Below, in pieces: positions 1 through 8,036 of a DNA stretch of 18,098 bases (its first letter is position 1; each line of letters starts with the position of its first letter). The translations under genes were made by a program, and so were the position numbers. Origin of the DNA: Candidatus Jordarchaeia archaeon (GTDB taxonomy: Archaea > Asgardarchaeota > Jordiarchaeia > Jordiarchaeales > Jordiarchaeaceae); the NCBI GenBank assembly GCA_029856435.1, contig JAHQXB010000054.1:1-18098 (forward strand). Reading direction: 5' to 3'. The notes below the pieces were generated by a model. It was not told the origin of the DNA, did not search any database, and saw only the letters and a list, made by a program, of their open reading frames with translations.

Positions 1-249
1 GGGCCGTTTCCTGCGTTCCCATATTGAAGCCCATTTTGAGTTACTGAGGGGTAGAAACGCCGAAAAGGGCGTCTCGGGAGTGTGATGAAAGCTGAAAAAC
101 AAATGCCACGCAGCAGGTGACACTAAATTAATTGCGCCATCTTACCCCTTTTGTATAAGTTAATAGTGTTAAATTGTCAAGAATTCTTAAATTTATAAGA
201 AAAATAAATGAATAAAAAATTTGTGCAATTATGGTTGCGGCCTTTTTTC

Positions 250-268
250 ACTTACCCTTTTAGTAAGT
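250..268. promoter_or_regulatory. Palindromic operator ACTTAC-N7-GTAAGT upstream of the wHTH gene
   Basis: Perfect 6-bp inverted repeat: ACTTAC 250-255, GTAAGT 263-268. It lies just upstream of TATA-like TTTAAATA boxes at 277-284 and 289-296. Confidence 0.55.
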
Positions 269-330
269 AACTTTATTTTAAATAAACTTTTAAATACGCT
301 GATTGCTTAATTAACTTGGGGTGCAGGTAC

Positions 331-732
331 ATGATTCCAAGAATCAGGAAGCTTAGAATTATTACGAAGAGTGGAAGGGTGATACTGGAGGAAGATGTAG
401 GTTCCAAAATCGTGGAATCTCAGGATCTAGACACTGTCATAAATTTGTTGAGAATGGTTTCCAACGAGTCCCGTTTCAAAATAATGCGCCTAATAGCTGA
501 AAAAAATAATCCTGTTAGTTTTTCAGAGATACACCGACTAGCAGGCTATAGCCAGAAAACCATAGCTCAAGCATTAGAGGACTTGCTACGCATTAGAGCC
601 ATATCAAAAGAGTACGATGGGTACATGCTCTCAATAATTGGTAAACTGTTAATGAGACAACTAACAGAAATAGCAAGTATAATTAAAAAGGTGAAAGAAT
701 TACAAGACTTGGAATTAGATTTCGAATTTTAA
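331..732 (+). CDS. Winged helix-turn-helix (ArsR/HSR1-like) transcriptional regulator
   Basis: VSNESRFKIMRLIAEKNNPVSFSEIHRLAGYSQKTIAQALEDL followed by a beta-wing (ISKEYDGYMLS) fits an ArsR-type wHTH. ATG at 331 follows GGGGTG, so it is preferred to the TTG at 316. Confidence 0.75.
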   Translation: MIPRIRKLRIITKSGRVILEEDVGSKIVESQDLDTVINLLRMVSNESRFKIMRLIAEKNNPVSFSEIHRLAGYSQKTIAQALEDLLRIRAISKEYDGYMLSIIGKLLMRQLTEIASIIKKVKELQDLELDFEF

Positions 733-800
733 AAACATATGCTTTTATAATGGCATAGACCAACAATTTGTTCAGATACTCTGCAGTAATCTCCCCACTT

Positions 801-1535
801 TTAGTAAAAAATGATTTCTCCATTTCCTCCTGCGTCGTAATAGAGTTTTCTTGTATCAATTAGAAAAACCCCTTTAATGACCTGGAGATAGTTCTTAAGT
901 TTATCTTGCCTCTCCTCCACTTTGAACTCGATTACCACATCCGCCAATTGATTTATTGTGGATCTAAACCTTTTCTCGTGGGCTTCCCAGTTTAGAATGT
1001 AGAAAGCAAGGTCCCTGTAGCTCTTGTGGAGACGGAATGCTTTCCTGCAGAATTTTATTAACTCCTGTTCGGAAACACCTATACTCATGTCGGTTAAACT
1101 ATGAAAAACCCATATAACGGATCTGTTCTCTCCTAGATCTTCTCTGACTTTCCTCATTGTTGAATACAGCTTATCCGGGTCAAAGGGATATCGAACTTGG
1201 TGTATGGTGCCGCCATCAATCTTTACTACTTCTTCGCCTGTCTCTGTAAAACAATCAATAAGAGTGAAGAGGCTGTCTCCCTGAATTTTGGTATTCTCAA
1301 CTCTAAAAATGGATTTAACATTTGAGCGCTCAAGGAATTCCACGGCAGGTAGGGCAAAGTTGACGAGTATAATGTGAGGGTCGTCCATCTGTTTGGGGAC
1401 GTTCCACTGAGTAAATTTGATAAGTGTAACGCCCGTTTGAATAGATAATAAAACAATTGAGTTGGAAAGTATGCCTCCGCCTAAACGCTCGTCTAGTGCG
1501 TGTATTCCCGTCCTGATTTTTTTGATATCAATCAT
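801..1535 (-). CDS. KaiC/RAD55-like RecA-superfamily protein with degenerate Walker A/B
   Basis: N-terminal IRTGIHALDERLGGGI and C-terminal LADVVIEFKVEE..NYLQVIKG are typical of archaeal KaiC/RAD55-like proteins. There is no GxxGxGK[ST]. Confidence 0.75.
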   Translation of the reverse strand: MIDIKKIRTGIHALDERLGGGILSNSIVLLSIQTGVTLIKFTQWNVPKQMDDPHIILVNFALPAVEFLERSNVKSIFRVENTKIQGDSLFTLIDCFTETGEEVVKIDGGTIHQVRYPFDPDKLYSTMRKVREDLGENRSVIWVFHSLTDMSIGVSEQELIKFCRKAFRLHKSYRDLAFYILNWEAHEKRFRSTINQLADVVIEFKVEERQDKLKNYLQVIKGVFLIDTRKLYYDAGGNGEIIFY

Positions 1536-1621
1536 ATTCTGTTACAACCTACTGGGCGCGGAATTGTGAAATTTGGTTTCTTTTAGTAAAATGAGGTGGA
1601 AGTGGAACTAATAATTATTGT

Positions 1622-1667
1622 TCTTACTTTTTCGGTTAGTAACTTCCCAATAGGGTAAGTTTATATA
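1622..1667 (+). promoter_or_regulatory. hsp20 promoter: two tandem operator-like palindromes abutting the TATA box
   Basis: TCTTAC-N7-GTTAGT (1622-1640) and ACTTCC-N7-GTAAGT (1642-1660), then TTTATATA (1660-1667). Confidence 0.55.
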
Positions 1668-1748
1668 CTTCTATGTATACTGAATATATTGGCATACAAA
1701 GTATTCCAGAAGCCCATAAATAAAACCAAAAAAGGAAGAGGATAAAAG

Positions 1749-2318
1749 ATGGAAAAGAGAAGAAGAAGCATTTGGGACCTATTCGGGTTTGACGAATTGC
1801 CCGAGTTTGACGAGATGTTTCAAATGCTAGAAAACCTAAGAAAAGCAGTAGAATCGGGAGAGTTCGGTGAAAAATCATTTGTAATGCCTTTCGAGGGTCC
1901 AAACTACAAGGGATTCATAAGATACGAGTACTCTCACAGACCCCTAACTGAGCAAGAGGAGGAATCAGAAGCACCCACATTCTTCGACGAACGGCAGTCA
2001 GACTGGTTTGAAACACCAGAGTCAACCCCAAGAAAAGCCAGATCCGAAAAACCATTAGTGGTGGCCTTTCCAGAAACAGGTAAAGACACATTGGTGGACA
2101 TAATAGATAATCCCCAAGAGTTGCTTGTGGTGATGGAGGTTCCCGCATCAAGCAAAGATGATATTAAACTCAACCTCACTGAGAGAAAACTGGAAGTAAG
2201 AACCGATTCTCCAGTAATGTTCTACAAAGTGATTCAACTACCTTGCGAAGTAGACTGCGATTCAGCTAAAGCCAACTTCAGAAACAGAATACTGGAAATC
2301 CGGCTAAGAAAAAAGTAA
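1749..2318 (+). CDS. hsp20: Small heat-shock protein (Hsp20/alpha-crystallin family), long N-terminal archaeal type
   Basis: C-terminal alpha-crystallin domain: DTLVDIIDNPQELLVVMEVPASSKDDIKLNLTERKLEV...AKANFRNRILEIRLRKK. The N-terminus is aromatic/acidic (SIWDLFGFDE). Confidence 0.9.
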   Translation: MEKRRRSIWDLFGFDELPEFDEMFQMLENLRKAVESGEFGEKSFVMPFEGPNYKGFIRYEYSHRPLTEQEEESEAPTFFDERQSDWFETPESTPRKARSEKPLVVAFPETGKDTLVDIIDNPQELLVVMEVPASSKDDIKLNLTERKLEVRTDSPVMFYKVIQLPCEVDCDSAKANFRNRILEIRLRKK

Positions 2319-2375
2319 TAGTTCAACCCGACTTGAATCAAAATTATTGTGGGTAAAGGAGGGCATAAACAAAAA

Positions 2376-3113
2376 ATGTTTGAATCTACAAGCACCGAGG
2401 TTCCAATAAATGTTAAAAGAAGGGAAACTGATTACTCCCAATATGTGGAATTTATTGGAACCGCCCACTTCAGTAAAACCAGCATTATGGAAGTCATGGA
2501 GAGAGTAAGGGAACTCAAGCCCGACGCGGTAGCCCTAGAGTTGTGTCCCCTTCGATACTACAGTTTGCAGAGGGTGTGCCTAAGTTGTCCCAAGAGAGGA
2601 AACTGTGACCGTAAGTGTGAATTCATAATTTCAACTGACCATCTGGCTAACAAGGATACCGATATCTGGCTTATCGATATGGAAGAACCCGAAATTCACG
2701 CCCGAATAAGAAGTATGGCCACTGAAAGAGAGGTTAGAAATTGGCTTAGGGCTTCAAGGTATGTGAGGTCTAATGAGCTTGAAGGATTACAACTATGGGA
2801 AGAGGGACGCAAAGAGGAAGCAATGCATATTTTCGACTCCAACACCGAAATAATGAGGAGAACATTTCCAAGCCTGTGGAATGTTCTCATCGAACAGAGA
2901 AACGCACTTATGGCGGCAAGAATTCACTACATTATTAAAACTTACTTGGATAAAGGCCTTAAAAATTTCAAAATTCTCGTTGTAACAGGTGCCGCGCATG
3001 TTCCGGGTCTAAAGGAAATGCTCAGAAATCCGGAACTTTCCTTCGAAACTATGAGGAAATACCGAATAAAACCTACTCCTCCGTTCCGAATTAGGAGAGT
3101 AAGAGTAGACTAA
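2376..3113 (+). CDS. TraB/GumN (TIKI-like) family protein, soluble, with Cys-rich insert
   Basis: Motifs IGTAHFS, PDAVALELC, EQRNALMA and VVTGAAHVPG are present. ATG at 2376 follows GGAGG (2358-2362); the ORF track starts at GTG 2349. Confidence 0.85.
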   Translation: MFESTSTEVPINVKRRETDYSQYVEFIGTAHFSKTSIMEVMERVRELKPDAVALELCPLRYYSLQRVCLSCPKRGNCDRKCEFIISTDHLANKDTDIWLIDMEEPEIHARIRSMATEREVRNWLRASRYVRSNELEGLQLWEEGRKEEAMHIFDSNTEIMRRTFPSLWNVLIEQRNALMAARIHYIIKTYLDKGLKNFKILVVTGAAHVPGLKEMLRNPELSFETMRKYRIKPTPPFRIRRVRVD

Positions 3114-3135
3114 CTTCTCTTTTTTGGCGTTTTTA
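3114..3135 (+). terminator. Oligo-T terminator-like tract
   Basis: CTTCTCTTTTTTGGCGTTTTT directly after the TraB stop codon. Confidence 0.45.
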
Positions 3136-3295
3136 GCCCTAAATAGGCCTTTAGTTCTCCTGTATTTGGAAGCATTACACCTTCAAGTTTCGATGATCCC
3201 TTTGTAGACAACTTATCTCTTTTTTGTTTTTTATAAAGAAAAAGCTTTTATTATAGGCACTCTCCAAATAAATAAGATAATAGGAGGAGAGCTTG

Positions 3296-3841
3296 ATGAA
3301 TTACTGGTTTAGCTGGGGGCCAGTGGCGCTCACTTATGTAACATTGGAGCTGGAAATCGAGAAAATTCCTGACCTGAACCCCCCAAGTGATGTGAAGGTG
3401 AGAAGGTACGACCCTGAGAAAGACGCACAGACTCTAGCCATGCTACATAATGAGACCATGAAGGAGTTTCGAGACTTCGCCGAAATAACACAGGACTTCT
3501 TAAAAAAGGTGAGTACCGAATGTTCCTTTATTGCAGAAATTGACGGCGCCCCAGTGGGAATGGGCCTATGCACCGTGGCAGACACAAAAAGGGGGCGGCT
3601 CGGCTACATAGCAGAGTTTGGAGTAATAAAAAGGTATCGAAGAAGAGGTGTGGGAACCGCCCTTCTCAAAAACATTCTTAACTGCTTTAAAGCCCACAAA
3701 GTGGACATAGTAACCTGCGAAGTTTTGGATGAAAACGATTTAACTCTACTCATTTTAAGGGACAAACTTGGATTTAGAGAGGTTGAAAGAACAACTATAA
3801 TATCCTCTGGGATACCTCTTGGCTTATTCGGTCAAAGATGA
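3296..3841 (+). CDS. GNAT family N-acetyltransferase (1)
   Basis: Acetyl-CoA motif A FGVIKRYRRRGVGTALL, plus LGFREV. RBS GGAGGAG at 3283-3289 precedes ATG 3296. Confidence 0.9.
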   Translation: MNYWFSWGPVALTYVTLELEIEKIPDLNPPSDVKVRRYDPEKDAQTLAMLHNETMKEFRDFAEITQDFLKKVSTECSFIAEIDGAPVGMGLCTVADTKRGRLGYIAEFGVIKRYRRRGVGTALLKNILNCFKAHKVDIVTCEVLDENDLTLLILRDKLGFREVERTTIISSGIPLGLFGQR

Positions 3842-3855
3842 AGGGGGAAACTGTT

Positions 3856-4338
3856 ATGAGCTACTATGGAGGAGGCGAAATATACTATTACATGTCGCAC
3901 GACCTAAAAAACCTCCCATTAGAATACATAAACAAGAATGTTAAAGTGAGATACCTTAAAAAAAATGAACTCCCCGAATACGTAAACCTGGTAAACGAAT
4001 CCCTAAGCCACGGCCCAGACCCCTTCGTAGAAATGACCATGGACTTCGCTGAGAGGTGGCCCCTAGAACAAACTCTCATTGCGGAGTACAACGGAGAAAT
4101 GGCCGGCTTCCTAATGTTTGAAACCCGAGGAAAAACCGGAATACCAGTTCAGCTAGGAGTATCTCCGAAATACCGCCGACTGGGCATAGGAACCACCCTA
4201 CTACTAACCCTTCTAGACAAATTCAAAAAAGACGGAATACAAGAAGTCCAAATGAAGGTATACGAAAACAATATCCCCGCCCGAAACCTTTACAAAAAAC
4301 TAAACTTCAAAATTTACGGCATCGTAATAGAACACTAA
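3856..4338 (+). CDS. GNAT family N-acetyltransferase (2)
   Basis: Motif A LGVSPKYRRLGIGTTLL, then VYENNIPARNLYKKLNF. The start is either ATG 3838 (ATGA overlap with GNAT 1) or ATG 3856 after GGGGG. Confidence 0.9.
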   Translation: MSYYGGGEIYYYMSHDLKNLPLEYINKNVKVRYLKKNELPEYVNLVNESLSHGPDPFVEMTMDFAERWPLEQTLIAEYNGEMAGFLMFETRGKTGIPVQLGVSPKYRRLGIGTTLLLTLLDKFKKDGIQEVQMKVYENNIPARNLYKKLNFKIYGIVIEH

Positions 4339-4553
4339 AAAACACTTTTTTAATCACCTACTCCTCCTGAACTACTACTTCTGAAAAACATTTTTTCTCC
4401 TCAAAAGGCTTGTGGGTGTAATTTTTCACAAATTCTTAAATATAACTTAGTTATTATTAGAGGCAAAAGCTGAAGGCACTATTACTATAGCTGCCAAACA
4501 GTTTAATAAAAAAATGATTGTCCTTAAAAATACTTTGTGAGGATGCGGATGTG

Positions 4554-5600
4554 ATGCTGAAAACAGTAAAGAATGCTTTTTGGAACAGCATAGAGTTTGC
4601 GGAGCGAAGACAAATAAACACTATACAGGAATCAAAGCTTAGGACTCAGCTAAACCACGTTTACTGGAACTCCCCCTTCTACCAGAAAAAAATGAGCAAT
4701 AGTATAAAAAAGATAAGCAGGCTGGAAGACCTCAAACATGTTCCAGTCACAACCCGAGCCGAACTTGAGGAGGACGCCGAAGCCACAAAAGACATCTTCG
4801 GAGGAAGACTATGCACAACAATGGACAAGATCCTTTATCCCATAAGCCCTCCCGAATTCCCCATAAAAAGGGCCCCCGTAGGAACCGCGATAACCAATTC
4901 GGATCATGCAGTAGTAGTTGAACACCTAATTCGACAGTGTATTATGGTTGGAATTAAAAACGGTGACACAATCCAAGTCCAGTGCAATGGGTGGGAGCCC
5001 CTAAACTTCGCATACTTCTCCCCCATGTTCGGGGCTGCAACTCCGCCAAACGTAGGTGAAATATTAGAACTAAACGTGATTCCCTTAGAAATAATAGTTG
5101 TGGATATGGCGAGAACCATACATACTGCCAGATTCTTCCAACCCACTGCAGTCTACACCAATAAGGCTGCTCTAATTTTTATGGAGGACATAATAAACAA
5201 AGAAAAGGGCGACCCCAAGCACTTGGGCTACCAACAAATAATTGTGAGAGAAGACAAAGTCATACCAAGCGCGACAGAGAGAAACGCCCTTAAGGACAAA
5301 TGGGGCGCTGCAGTGTACTCGATGCTGGATGTCCAAGACAATCTATTTTATGCTATGGATTGCCCCGAGCACAAGGGGCTGCATGTCTGGGAGGATGGAT
5401 TCATAGTAGAAATCACTGAGAAGGACACCGGAGAACCGCTGGAACCGGGGCAGAAGGGAATGCTAACCATAACGAACCTTTTCGCTGAAGCTACTCCCCT
5501 AATAAGATACCAAACAGACATTGAAGCCACACTAACCTTCGAAAAATGTCCCTGCGGGAGAACACATGCCCGAATAATTCCCCCAAACTACAATTTATAG
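4554..5600 (+). CDS. Phenylacetate-CoA ligase (PaaK/F390 synthetase)-like protein, degenerate and C-terminally truncated
   Basis: PaaK scaffold motifs NSPFYQKK, VPVTTRAEL, GLHVWEDGFIVEI, GEPLEPGQKGMLTITNL, PLIRYQTD and CPCGRT. It lacks the P-loop and the C-terminal domain. Likely start is GTG 4551 or ATG 4554 after GAGG; the track starts at TTG 4518. Confidence 0.8.
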   Translation: MLKTVKNAFWNSIEFAERRQINTIQESKLRTQLNHVYWNSPFYQKKMSNSIKKISRLEDLKHVPVTTRAELEEDAEATKDIFGGRLCTTMDKILYPISPPEFPIKRAPVGTAITNSDHAVVVEHLIRQCIMVGIKNGDTIQVQCNGWEPLNFAYFSPMFGAATPPNVGEILELNVIPLEIIVVDMARTIHTARFFQPTAVYTNKAALIFMEDIINKEKGDPKHLGYQQIIVREDKVIPSATERNALKDKWGAAVYSMLDVQDNLFYAMDCPEHKGLHVWEDGFIVEITEKDTGEPLEPGQKGMLTITNLFAEATPLIRYQTDIEATLTFEKCPCGRTHARIIPPNYNL

Positions 5601-5612
5601 GAGGAACCTAAA

Positions 5613-6959
5613 ATGGAAAGTTACAAGCAATATTGGAACCCCACCATAGAAACAATGCCCAAAGAGGAACTAAAGCAGCTCCAACTAAAAAGACTAATTT
5701 CACAGGTGGACTATGTCTATAAGAACTCCCAATTTTACCACAAATTATACAGTCAAGCAGGCGTGACACCAGAAGACATAAAATCCTTGGAAGACTACCA
5801 GAAAAGAATACCCATAATCCAAAAAGATGACATAAGAAAAGACGTTTCACCGGAGAACCCCTTCGGCGGGGTGAACTGTGTACCACCCAAAAAACTAATG
5901 ATTTGGGTATCCACTGGGACCTCTGGAATACCTACCTTCGGGGGAAGAACTAGGGAAGACTTAATACTCATGATAGAGAATCTTTCCCGCTCATTCTGGG
6001 CGACTGGCTTCCGGCCGGGAACCAAAGTAATCCAACAATTTGGAAACTGGCACTGGTCGCCTTCCAACCTGGTGGTGGCCTGCAATAGAATGGGAGTAAA
6101 ACAGATGATGGTTATTGGCGCCTCAATTGGTCCCTTCGCCCAAAGAGCAGCTGTTCTTACCAAATACTTTAAACCAGACTTTCTGGTTTTGCCGGCAACT
6201 TTCACCCAACTCATGATTCAGGAGGCAATCAAGATGGGCGAGGAGCCCACTGAACTTTTCTCAGGCATCAAAAAGATTCTAATCAGTGCCGAGGTGCTAA
6301 CGCCTTTGACAAGGAAAAGACTTAAGGAAAGGGCTTTCTGCAATGCTGAGGTTCACTTCTATGCTGGAGGCGGAGAATCTCAGGTTTGGCCCGTAGACAG
6401 CTGTTACCCCGAATGTGACGGTGGACACCTTTGGGAAGACTTGGTTCTCTCCGAGCTAATCGATCCTGAAACTCGAGAGTTGATTCCTAGTGCTGAGAGG
6501 GGTGAACAGGTGACCACGAATATTGCAACGAAGGGCACACCATATGTTAGGTTTGATATGGAAGATTTGGTTGACATGTATTATGATCCCTGCGTATGTG
6601 GAAGAACACATCCTAGGATTACAATAATTGAGCGTGCGGATTGGCAGATTAAAGTCGCAGGGAAAACCATTGTACCTTTTGATGTGCGCACCATTTTTGA
6701 GGAGTTTCCAGAAACCGAGGAAGCCATTTTCAAAATCCAGAAATACTCCCAAAATATGGATAAGCTAAAGATTGTAGCAGAATATGATAGGAAAAAAACA
6801 AAGGACCGCAAAGAACTCCGGGAACGCCTACGCCAGAGAATCAAAGAAAAGTTGGGTCTAGAGTCCGAGATTGAGTGGGGCCAAGTTGTAGTTCCCTCCA
6901 TGGATCAGGTGACACACAAAATTGTGCGAATAGAAGATTTAACAAAAGAAAAGAAATAG
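5613..6959 (+). CDS. Phenylacetate-CoA ligase (PaaK)-family acyl/aryl-CoA ligase, apparently intact
   Basis: P-loop STGTSGIPT, HLWED, CVCGRTHPRI, ERAD (A8-like) and C-terminal HKIVRIED (A10 Lys). RBS GGAGG lies upstream. The substrate cannot be determined. Confidence 0.88.
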   Translation: MESYKQYWNPTIETMPKEELKQLQLKRLISQVDYVYKNSQFYHKLYSQAGVTPEDIKSLEDYQKRIPIIQKDDIRKDVSPENPFGGVNCVPPKKLMIWVSTGTSGIPTFGGRTREDLILMIENLSRSFWATGFRPGTKVIQQFGNWHWSPSNLVVACNRMGVKQMMVIGASIGPFAQRAAVLTKYFKPDFLVLPATFTQLMIQEAIKMGEEPTELFSGIKKILISAEVLTPLTRKRLKERAFCNAEVHFYAGGGESQVWPVDSCYPECDGGHLWEDLVLSELIDPETRELIPSAERGEQVTTNIATKGTPYVRFDMEDLVDMYYDPCVCGRTHPRITIIERADWQIKVAGKTIVPFDVRTIFEEFPETEEAIFKIQKYSQNMDKLKIVAEYDRKKTKDRKELRERLRQRIKEKLGLESEIEWGQVVVPSMDQVTHKIVRIEDLTKEKK

Positions 6960-7015
6960 TAAGAAATGAAAACAGTGAACAGTGTTCAAATTTTCAATTA
7001 TTTTCTGGGAGTGTG

Positions 7016-7936
7016 ATGATCTTGGTTATAGATTGCCTAGTTTTTCCCCCAACATTGGAATGTATGAAGTATAATTTGGAGATACCTCGAGTTCAGTACG
7101 GCTACATGATACTTTTTGGAAAAAGATTTTTGGGCGACGACTTTACCGTTCCCAGAAACATTGATGACATTGCTAAAATAGAGCCCCCCTTCAAGGCGGA
7201 AGATATGGTTATGCCCATGGAAAAATTCGTAGAGATGTTGGACAGCTTGGGCATCGACCACTGTGTTCTGTTCGCCATGGATGAAGAAACCAACACTGGG
7301 AAACCGGTTCTAAATGACCACATAGCCCAGCTGGTGAGGGAGTATCCGGACAAGTTTAAGGGATTTGGGGGTGCAGACCCCCACAAGGGCAAAAGGGCTG
7401 TGGAGCAAGTGCAGAAAGCCTACGATAGCGGCCTTATAGGTATAGCAATGAGGCCCTTCGTTCATAATCTCTACTCCAGCAGCAAAAAGTATTATCCCAT
7501 ATACTCCAAGTGTGACGAGCTGGACATGATAGTCTGGCTACATACTTCCATGAGCTGGTCGCACATAAGAAGAATGGACCTCGGCCGCCCCCTATACCTG
7601 GACAGGGTGTGTCTGGATTTTCCAGAGCTAAGAATAATCGCCGGACATGGAGGCTGGCCCTGGGTGATCGAGTTGATGGGTGTAATGTGGCGTCGCCCCA
7701 ACGTCTATACCGACATTACCACCATAAATCCCAAATATATCGGTATGCCGGGCACAGGATGGGAACCCCTAATAACGTATGGCAACAGCCTATTTCAAGA
7801 TAGGGTACTATTCGGAACCTCTTGGCCATTGATGCCTTTCGACCTGTGCATAGAAGAGGTAAAAAAGCTTCCCCTCAAGGACTCAGTGAAGGAAAAATGG
7901 TTGCACAAGAATTCTGAGCGCCTATTTGGATTCTAA
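7016..7936 (+). CDS. Amidohydrolase_2-family TIM-barrel protein with atypical metal motifs
   Basis: NDHIAQLVREYPDKFKGF, VWLHT, FPELRIIAGHGGWPW, PNVYTDI, RVLFGTSWP and KEKWLHKNSERLF. The true start is probably ATG 7016; the track's 6875 start overlaps the upstream gene. Confidence 0.85.
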   Translation: MILVIDCLVFPPTLECMKYNLEIPRVQYGYMILFGKRFLGDDFTVPRNIDDIAKIEPPFKAEDMVMPMEKFVEMLDSLGIDHCVLFAMDEETNTGKPVLNDHIAQLVREYPDKFKGFGGADPHKGKRAVEQVQKAYDSGLIGIAMRPFVHNLYSSSKKYYPIYSKCDELDMIVWLHTSMSWSHIRRMDLGRPLYLDRVCLDFPELRIIAGHGGWPWVIELMGVMWRRPNVYTDITTINPKYIGMPGTGWEPLITYGNSLFQDRVLFGTSWPLMPFDLCIEEVKKLPLKDSVKEKWLHKNSERLFGF

Positions 7937-8036
7937 CCCTTATATGGCAACAAAATTACTCTTTTTATTTTTCCCATTTTTTAGAAACTATAATAAGAAC
8001 GTTCCGTATGTTTTCATAGTTAGAGGTGAATTAAAG

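Noticed and set aside
1-120. Partial reading frames, a small ACGCC/GGCGT hairpin and a GTGATGA..CTGA C/D-box-like motif (81-94)
   Set aside because: The C and D boxes are only 2 nt apart, so there is no guide region. The stretch may simply be the end of a gene truncated by the window edge and is too short to call.
4514-4540. 8-codon upstream ORF MIVLKNTL* whose stop overlaps the RBS of the first PaaK-like gene
   Set aside because: It has no informative codon bias or attenuator structure and is expected by chance.
6875-7015. 47-aa N-terminal extension of the amidohydrolase in the ORF track
   Set aside because: It overlaps the PaaK C-terminus, and family similarity begins only at Met 7016.
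7926-8036. N-terminal extension of the TIGR04076 ORF
   Set aside because: It runs through a T-rich intergenic region. A clear RBS precedes GTG 8037, where the domain starts.
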